A DNA stretch of 20,000 bases from Proteromonas lacertae. Taxonomy: Eukaryota. Within the stretch, counting starts at the first letter, position 1. Each line of letters begins with the position of its first letter. The translations under genes were made by a program, and so were the position numbers. Of the stretch, positions 1 through 8,182 are shown piece after piece. The notes beneath the pieces were generated by a model that searched no databases, was not told the origin of the DNA, and saw only the letters and a list, made by a program, of their open reading frames with translations. Location: NCBI GenBank assembly GCA_002245135.1, contig NGBS01001179.1, positions 121,904 through 141,903 of the forward strand, written 5' to 3'.

Positions 1-889
1 AAGAATTATTAATGGAATATATAAAAGAGAATAAACTGAGTTTCGAAGAAGAAGAAGAAATGATTGTAATAATGAAAGATAAAGAATTATTGAAAGAAAT
101 AAAAACAAAAGAAATCACATCATTTTCATATCCTCAATCAGAATATTTCTTTATATCAGATGAAGAAATGTCAATAATTCCTTTATTTGATGGAAATCGA
201 TGTGAATTTTCAATCAATCCTACATTGCAGATGGTTTAATGATAGATAAAGAAAATGGAATAATTAATGGAAAAGTAGAATAAAGAAATCGAAAAGAGAG
301 AATATGAAATAAGTTGTAAGAATATTGTAAATGAAAAGAAATTCAAAATATCATTTGAATTTGTTGATATAAAATTCACAGAATTAAACAAAAATCATGG
401 ATATTTCAAGTCTCAAATAATGGAAAATTAATGACAAATACATGTTATACGTTGTTATCGTCATTGTTATTTGAATTTGAAAATGGAAAATGGAGTTTAT
501 CATATCAAATATAAATATCATCAAAATGGAAGTGAATATGATGGTATAATGTTAGGATTATCAACTAATAATACATATTCTGGTGATGATATTTATAATC
601 AATCAACAACATGTAATTATGTATGCATTTAATGGTAAAAGTCAAGATATTAATAATTATTGTCATATTGGAAGAGTTGTTAATAAAAATCCAAATTTCA
701 ATAATCATGGAGATGGTTCAATTGATGAAGTGATTGTTGATATGAATGAAAGAGAATTTTGGATTAGTCATAATAATTCATCTCCTGTTTTACTTGTTAA
801 AGATTTACCTTCTCACCATTATATACATATGCTGATTTATCCTGGAATACATATCACTTGAATTATTATCAGTTTCTCATCAAAATTAA
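1..889 (+). pseudogene. Partial (5'-truncated) gene with a putative Ig-like (He_PIG-type) domain followed by a SPRY/B30.2-like domain; broken by several single-base frame breaks (pseudogene or sequence error)
   Basis: Stitching frames gives ...SFSYPQSEYFF...CEFSINPTL(P)DGLMIDKENGIINGKV-NKEIEKREYEISCKN (He_PIG-like LPxGLxIDxxxGxIxG pattern). It continues SNNGKLMT...CYRHCYLNLKMENGVYHIKYK...GIMLGLS...DEVIVDMNEREFWISHN...LLVKDLP (SPRY-like), with a plausible end LELLSVSHQN-TAA at 887-889. Breaks near 228, 279, 405, 450, 600 and 850 are not explained by GT-AG introns. Confidence 0.6.
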
Positions 890-1048
890 ATATCACTTTT
901 AATATTAACATCACTATTTATTATTTGTTAGTATGTCATCATTGTGTATCCACTAGATTAATAGCAAAATGTACATATATATGCTGTATATTGAGTTTTT
1001 ATTATAATAAAAATATATTCGTTTCATATTTTTGTTATTTTTCTTTAA

Positions 1049-2129
1049 ATGCAGAAATATAACATAGAATTCGATTCTGATATAAAATGGAAGAGTGTGT
1101 ATAGAAGAAATAATAAAAGCAAGAATGAAAAGCACATTTTATGCTTTCCTGATCATAATAGTGAAGGCCACAGAGTATATCGTAGATATTATATCATAGC
1201 AATATGAATTTTGTGGAAGATCAATTATTGTGAAGACATTTTGTCCAACTCATACGAAATTATTAGTTTGTGGTAGTTTTAATCTAATAGGTAATGAAAG
1301 TGGAATGTATCATGTTGATGATGTTGTTTCTTATTCTTCAATAATTGAAAATGATAATAGAAAAGACTGTCCAATATATATCGGTGAAGAGATAAAAGCT
1401 TGTATGGTATATGAAATAAATTCAAACCTAAAAGCATGGAAAATGAATCAGAAATTACACAAAACTCCAAAAGCGTATTGCTTTATAGCTTATCTATTTA
1501 TTGAATCAAATAATCCTGATTATTATTTATGTGTAGCTTCAATAGTTTCTCCTCCTTTCAATATAGTATCAGCTCGTAGAAGCTGTATCGATAAATATAT
1601 TCAAGTTGAAATCCCTTCACCTCCTCCAATTGTACATCAACCACCATTTTCTCCAGTTAGTTATGAAGATGAAAATGAAACAAACAATCCTAAAGAATCA
1701 GATTTATCATATATGATAAAATCAAAGAAAGATCCAAATATATTCAAATTTGATGATTTAATGCCTCATATATATGATGAAGATGAATTAAAATCATGTA
1801 ATAATAGTTCAAATATGCAAATAAACAATGATAAAGTGATTGAAAGAGAAGTAGAATCATATGAAGGAATGAAAGAAGTAATTAATGATATTATATTATC
1901 AGAGCGAAATACTGTTTACAGAGTCAATTCAAATATGGGACGAGTTGAAATGAGAGTATTTAATCAGACTAATAACAATTCAAAGAGAGAAGAAATAAAC
2001 TATTTTGGAGATACATATAAAGATTTGAATGAAAAGTTTAAAGAATATGAATATTTAGATAGTTTTGGAAATAAATGTGTTATAACTCCACCATTTAAAA
2101 CGAAAAATAACGAAAAAGTATATAGTTGA
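1049..2129 (+). CDS. Uncharacterised ~351-aa protein with an N-terminal Cys/His-containing domain (putative DNA-binding) and a low-complexity Pro/acidic/Asn tail; 2 exons (1049-1174, 1200-2129)
   Basis: ATG at 1049 opens MQKYNIEFDSDIKWKSVYRRNNKSKNEKHILCFPDHNSEGHR. A 25-nt intron at 1175-1199 (GTATAT...CATAG) joins it in frame to QYEFCGRSIIV and the 1230..2129 ORF (…VASIVSPPFNIVSARR…PSPPPIVHQPP). TGA stop at 2127-2129. Confidence 0.8.
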
Positions 2130-2355
2130 TTGATTTTGTTAAATTTAACTAAATTTATTATTTGATTTGGAATTATTTAGCCAATAAAATTAAATAAATA
2201 ATTCTTGTTTTAATTTCCTCTTGTTACACATGAATAAGAGAAGATTTTGAATTAATTACATAGATATGATATATAAAAATGTTACATAATAAATAAACAC
2301 AAAATAACAATAAAGAAATACAATAATAATGAATATAATAATGAAATAATAGTTT

Positions 2356-5300
2356 TTATCTGTCAAGAAATCTTACCTTCTTTAAAGCCAAGTATAAACA
2401 TATTATTACAACAACAATTTCTATCCATAAATATCCAATATTATTCCAATATTGACTGTATCTTATATCATACATATTACTGAAAAACTCATGAATAGTT
2501 GTTATACTTCCATCACTGCTTGTAAATGATGGACAATTCGTTATATTAATAACAGATTTTTCACAATCAAATTGATTAGCTGTAGAAGCTTGAATTCCAA
2601 ATGCAAAAGGGTTAATCCAATAAATCCATTTCCAAGGTGCTTTTAAAGAAGGATAACGAAGTTGAAAACCACTACAAGCAAATAATATACTACTAATACA
2701 TCCAGTTACAACACCAGCAACTTGCATAACTGGGAATGTATATGCAAACATTATACCACACATCGTTGCAAATATCATCATTGAATAATCAACAACAAAT
2801 TCTTTAAATACAGCTGCTACTGTGCTTTTCAAACCCATCATTCCATAAGAGAAACACATATAACACCAAGCTACAAAGAATAAGAATAATATCTCTACTA
2901 GAACATAACCAATTAATTGAGCAATTGGATGATAAGTTCTCATCGCATCTTCACGATAAAACACCATTCTTCTATCAATTAATACTGGAATTACACTTAC
3001 TAAATTATTTGTAACTACTGTATTTATTCCAAATGATAATGCAGATAATCGACTTAACACATTTCCAGATGTTTCCATTGGTTGTTGGAAGTACAGTACA
3101 CCTGTAAATAATGACATTAATAAAATATTTCTAAATTTGGATGTATTATAATCTAATAATCTCCAATCAAATCGGAAATTTCTTTTAGTTACTTCCCATA
3201 TTTGTTTTGTTATTGAAACTGCATAATCTTCTTTGAAATTTATTGCTGGAGAATTGGCAGATTTTATATTCTCAAGAGTAATTTCTACATTACGATATAA
3301 ATCTGTTGTCAAATAATAATCACCAAATTTCACATTCTTTGTATTTCCTGTTCCAGCTCCAGTTACATCTAACATCCAACTGGCTGGATTTTGATCTTTA
3401 CCAATTCCACTAACTCCATCAATCTTTTCCATATATTCTACTACCTTACTACCATTTTCACCAAGTGGACCAAAATATACTACTTTTCCACCTCTTTCTA
3501 ATAGTAATACATCACTAAATAACTTGAATATTTCAAATGATGGTTGATGGATTGTACAAATTATACTTCGGCCACTTGCTGCGATTCTTTGTAAGACTTG
3601 ACATACTAATAAAGCAGCTGAACTATCTAATCCAGTTGTTGGTTCATCTAAGAATAATATTGATGGATTAGCTACTAATTCTATTCCAACCATCACCAAT
3701 TTTCGAACACCCATTGGTAAACCATCCTCTTTTTTGCCTATCATCATATCTTTATATTCTTTTAATTCTAATAATTCAATCACTTCTTTTATATAATTGT
3801 GGATTGTTGCTTCACTTGGATGACCTGGATATCTTAATCTGGCACTAAACATCAATGCTTCCATTACTGTCTCAGTTTCAGGTAATGTATCTTGTTGTTC
3901 AACATAACCACTAACCATACATAAATCTTTGGCTTTATATTCTTTTCCATTCAATAAGAATTTACCTTCTATCTTTCCTTGTGTTTTTCTGTTTGCTAAT
4001 ACATCTAATAATGTTGTTTTACCAGCTCCACTTGCTCCCATTAATGCTGTCATACTGTGACTTCTTACATAACCACTAACATCATTTAATAATACTTTAT
4101 TAACTTTCTTTTTACTTGCTGGATCTTTAATTTGTACTGTATATTTTACATGTTCAAATGAAAAATCTATTGATTTGAACTTCACTTCAGAAGCAGAAGA
4201 TCTCATTGACATTTGAGATTGTATTGATGGATCTACAGCTTTTACATCTTTTATACTAACACTTTTACTTGGTGGAAATGGATCATATACAATATAGTGT
4301 AAAACAACCATTTGTAACAATACAAATACAATATGCTCACAAATTAATATCAAGAAATATTGCCATTGTTCATTCTTATCTGTTGGAAAATCATATTCTT
4401 TTAAGTATAGTATTCCATCTGCACCATAATCACTTGAAGTAAATTCATTTACTGCTAAACCTTTAATCATATAACTTAATGGAGTAAAATAATAAAATTC
4501 TATTAACCAATCAGGAATTGTTTTACGAGTAATACCAAATCCATTAAATGAATTTAAGAAAAAACCCAATTATTGGAATAAAGGCTGATAATATTGCAAC
4601 ATTTCTGAATAAATACAGTAACACCAATTGAAGTGAGGTATAATTAACATAACCAATAAATAAGTAAGCCATACAAATCCAATAATGAACTCCATTATCA
4701 GAAAGAGTTAATCCACTCATAAAATAGATTATACTACCAAACAGTAATGTTTCTATTAACTGAATAGGATATTGGTTTATTGTAACACTTGCAACATAAG
4801 TTGGAACAGAAAATAATCCACTTTGGACTTGTTTATACATCACTGGCTTTTGAAAGAATAATCCAATAACTACAGAATTAGCAGTACTAACCAATGTCAT
4901 TACAAAAGTAGAAATTAAACCAGTTTTCGATGTATAATCATCTTTATTTATATCGAAAAATAACCATCCAAATACTAAACCCATTATTATTTGTTGAACA
5001 ACTCTTGCTATCAAAAAACTCTTATCCATGAATGTGCATTTTGCTTGTCTTTTCATTAAGTACATTAATTCATGCCAAAATGGCATTGGATGGGATTTGT
5101 TGAACATCGTTTCATTATAATCATTCTTTGGAACTTCTGTTTTTTCTACTTTTTCATTCACACTTTCTAAATTCTTCTTCTTCAAATCACTCATTTCATA
5201 TTTCTCTACTAAATATTGAGTTGTTAATGGAATTGATTCATCTTTTCGATAAACTATTCTTGTTTCTTCTTTACCAACTTCACAGATAAATGCACCTAAA

Positions 5301-6317
5301 TCTTTTCCTTCTATCATTTCATAACCAATTGAATTGAAATAAGGTAATATTCCATCACATGGACCAGCATAGATAATTTGACCTTCACTCAGTATTATCA
5401 TATTATCAAATAATGCAATTACCTCTGGATCTGGTTGTAATAAGTGACATACTAAGATTCCTTCAAATATTTTTGTCCATTGATTTAAGAATTTACAAAT
5501 ATCAAATGTTACTGCACTATCTAAACCAGTACTGATTTTATCTAATAATAATACTCGACTTGGACCTAATAAAGATTCACCCAAACTCACTCTCTTCATT
5601 TCACCACCACTACAACCACGATGAACAGCATCTCCAACTATCGTATCTTTACAGATTGTCAATCCCAATAATTTCAAGAACAAATCACTTCGAATATTTA
5701 TATCATCTTCTATCATTGAATGGACCTTTACTTTTCATCTCACCTTTACCATTTAAGCAACCTACTGCAAAATCAAATGTATCTTTGACAGATAATAAAG
5801 GTAAATGAATATCTAATTGTCCACAGAAACTTGCATAGTTTGACCAATTCAATTCTTTTAATTTTTTACCATTACAAGTAATTGAACCAGTTATTTGGCT
5901 TTTTGATAAGGTATTTGCTAATAATTTCAATAATGTTGAAGTACCACAACATGATGGAGGACCCATTACTAATGTTGAAGTACCAGGTTTAAATCTAAAT
6001 GCGATATTCTTCACTACTGGACGATTTTCATATATACCACAAGGAAATGCATTACGAATTTGATTATAAAAACCTTGGATTATGTTAATCACACCGTGTT
6101 CTTCACTTTTCAGTTGTTTTGCTGTATAATTTACTCCTTTCATAGCAATATCAACAGGTGGCAAATCAGGTAAAATAGATTTCACTTGCTTAGCATAATA
6201 CTCATATCCACTTTCTAATGCTTCATTAGCTGAGGATAAGCTGACTATTTTCACTGGTAGTTCTTCCTTGCTAATATTTTTCACTGTTTCTGGATTGATT
6301 GTATTGTTTTTACTCAT
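2356..6317 (-). CDS. Full-size ABCG / pleiotropic drug resistance (PDR)-type ABC transporter (NBD1-TMD1-NBD2-TMD2), ~1320 aa once two +1 frame breaks (~5703-5750 and ~4544-4572) are bridged
   Basis: Three overlapping ORFs form one PDR protein. NBD1: GPPSCCGTSTLL, QLDIHLPLLSVKDTFDFA, LLGL..CKDTIVGD...RGCSGGEMKRVSLGE, LLDKISTGLDS, LLQP. TMD1: FNGFGI…IPDW…TPLSY…LAVNEF. NBD2: LMGASGAGKTTLLDVLA, SGYVEQQD, ELVANPSILFLDEPTTGLDS, CTIHQPS, NPASWMLDV. TMD2: WKWIYWINP. The likely start is ATG at 6317 (MSKNN) and the stop is TAA at 2356-2358. Confidence 0.93.
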
Positions 6318-6333
6318 GTTTAGATGAATCAAC

Positions 6334-6402
6334 GGGGGTTGTTCAATAAACACTTTTTCAACACTAGCCGTTTCATTGTTTTATGAACAACCCTGGTTGT
6401 TC
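6334..6402. promoter_or_regulatory. Cluster of three GGTTGTTC/GAACAACC motifs immediately upstream of the PDR gene (candidate cis-element)
   Basis: GGTTGTTC at 6337-6344, GAACAACC at 6385-6392 and GGTTGTTC at 6395-6402. The last two form the palindrome GAACAACC-ct-GGTTGTTC. GGGTTGTTCA (6336-6345) and TGAACAACCC (6384-6393) are perfect 10-bp inverted repeats. All lie 20-85 nt from the ATG in otherwise very AT-rich DNA. Confidence 0.4.
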
Positions 6403-6983
6403 CTTTGTATATTTATTACATTTTTGTTCAACCAACTCTACATTATCACAATAAGAGATGATTTATATTTTTATGATTAACAACAATATTCTCACTTCTA
6501 TAATTGACAATAATTATATTTTCTAACACCATACTCACTGTTTTATTGTTTATAAACAAATGTTCACCATTTAATCTAATTATTAATGACATTTATAATT
6601 ATATTTATATATTATTACATAATTTAAGTAAATTAACCGATTAAATTGGATCATTGTTTCTAAAAATGAAATTTGAATGATGATGGGTTTACGAAAATAT
6701 TTTCAATAAATTTACCAATTTCAAAAATTGTTTATTTTAAGATTTATGTGGAACGAATCATAAAATTTAAATGAAATCAAAATCTAATGAAACATTCTAT
6801 TTGTGTCTACCACCTAATATAACTCATGACACTAAATTATTGAGATTGTGGTTTATTTATAGAGAGTGATATGAAAGTATATATTTAAATATTTTATCAC
6901 AAAAATAGCAAATTTCTTAATGTAAAGCCATATTTATAATATAAAAATACAAATTACTTTAATTCTTTTAATAATACAACATT

Positions 6984-8020
6984 TTAATTGTATTTTTCTT
7001 TTTCAGTAAATTCTAAGAATTTCATCATACAGTCTAAACTATCTTTATTTGTATTCCACATATTTATCAATTCTTGCAATTCACTTTTACAATTCTGAAT
7101 GTTGCTTTGTAAGTCACTGTCACCATTTTTGCTAAACATAAGTTCTTTTTGATATTTTGATGGAAATAACATCTATTTTTATCATCTAATAAAATTATAT
7201 ATACATTTAGTAATTTATTTTTTAGATTCATTTTTATTAAATCTTTAATTATTCTCTTTACATCTTCTTCCACTTCCTCTAAATTAATGCTTTCATAATT
7301 TAATAACATTTTTTCAATTAGCTCTTCTATTACAGCTATTCTGTCTTTATTTGTTCTTTTGAATAATTCTTCATCTACTAATTCATTGTCAGCCAATTTG
7401 ATTATATTTCTTTCGCAGTTAATCTGCAAAGTGTATATTTTATATAATAAACATCCAAGATTAAATATATCACATGATTCAGAGAATAAAACTGGATAAG
7501 ACTTAAAGAATGATATTCCAAAACCATTGATTATCAGTTGATTATCATCTCCAATTAAGATTTTTTCAAGTTTTAAGTTTCGATGAATTATTCCTTTACT
7601 ATGAATATATTTAAAACCATTTATTAAATCTATCATATAACTAATCATTTCCTATATAAAATTTTTACTAAGTCATGTATTATATACTTCCATTGTGAAA
7701 TCATTTTTTATCTTTTGCCTATTTTTTATCATATCACGTAAATTACCTTTTCCACAGTACTTGCTATACATATAATATGTTCTGGAACTTTCACAATAAC
7801 AAATATCAAGCATATTTACAATACATGGATGTTTCAGTTGATTTAAGATTTTTATTTCTCCCTCTATTTCATATATTGTTTTATTTTCTAATGATCTTTC
7901 TTTTCTTACAACTACATTACCTTCATGTTCAACTAAACAAATATCTCCATATGTTCCTTTATATATTGTTCCGATCACTTTATCTTCCACGTTGCTAACG
8001 CTTTTAGTCCACAATAGCAT
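6984..8020 (-). CDS. Protein-kinase-fold pseudokinase (NEK-like) with C-terminal helical/coiled region, ~322 aa; 3 exons (8020-7688, 7651-7205, 7172-6984)
   Basis: Kinase subdomains are visible: YKGTYGDICLV, VVRK, EIKILNQLKHPCIV, YCGKGNLRDMI, YIHSKGIIHRNLKLEKILI, NGFG, DIFNLGCLLY. Introns 7652-7687 (36 nt) and 7173-7204 (32 nt), both GTAT...TAG, join three ORFs in frame. TAA at 6984-6986. Confidence 0.85.
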
Positions 8021-8182
8021 TTGTATAAGTAATTAAAAAAAAGATACAACAAGCTTATATCAAGCCAATCAATTTTATAAACTACAGCATGAACAAATGA
8101 TTGCTTGTTGGATATAATATTGCTATCAATTTACTAATCATACAAAACAAAAACAAATACAAAATAGATTAGATTAATTAAA

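Noticed and set aside
953..1470. Short minus-strand ORFs 953-1135 and 1279-1470 (likewise 5560-5808, 7777-7998, 11534-12020, 12364-12549, 14743-14970, 15785-15988, 16758-16985, 18570-18851, 19237-19434)
   Set aside because: They overlap better-supported genes on the opposite strand and have the composition of AT-rich antisense frames.
6334..6402. Inverted repeats interpreted as a MITE
   Set aside because: Only ~60 bp with 10-bp arms, no evident target-site duplication and no second copy in the window.
6660..6780. ATGATGA (box C-like) in the intergenic region, possible C/D snoRNA
   Set aside because: No CTGA box D or terminal stem at a suitable distance.
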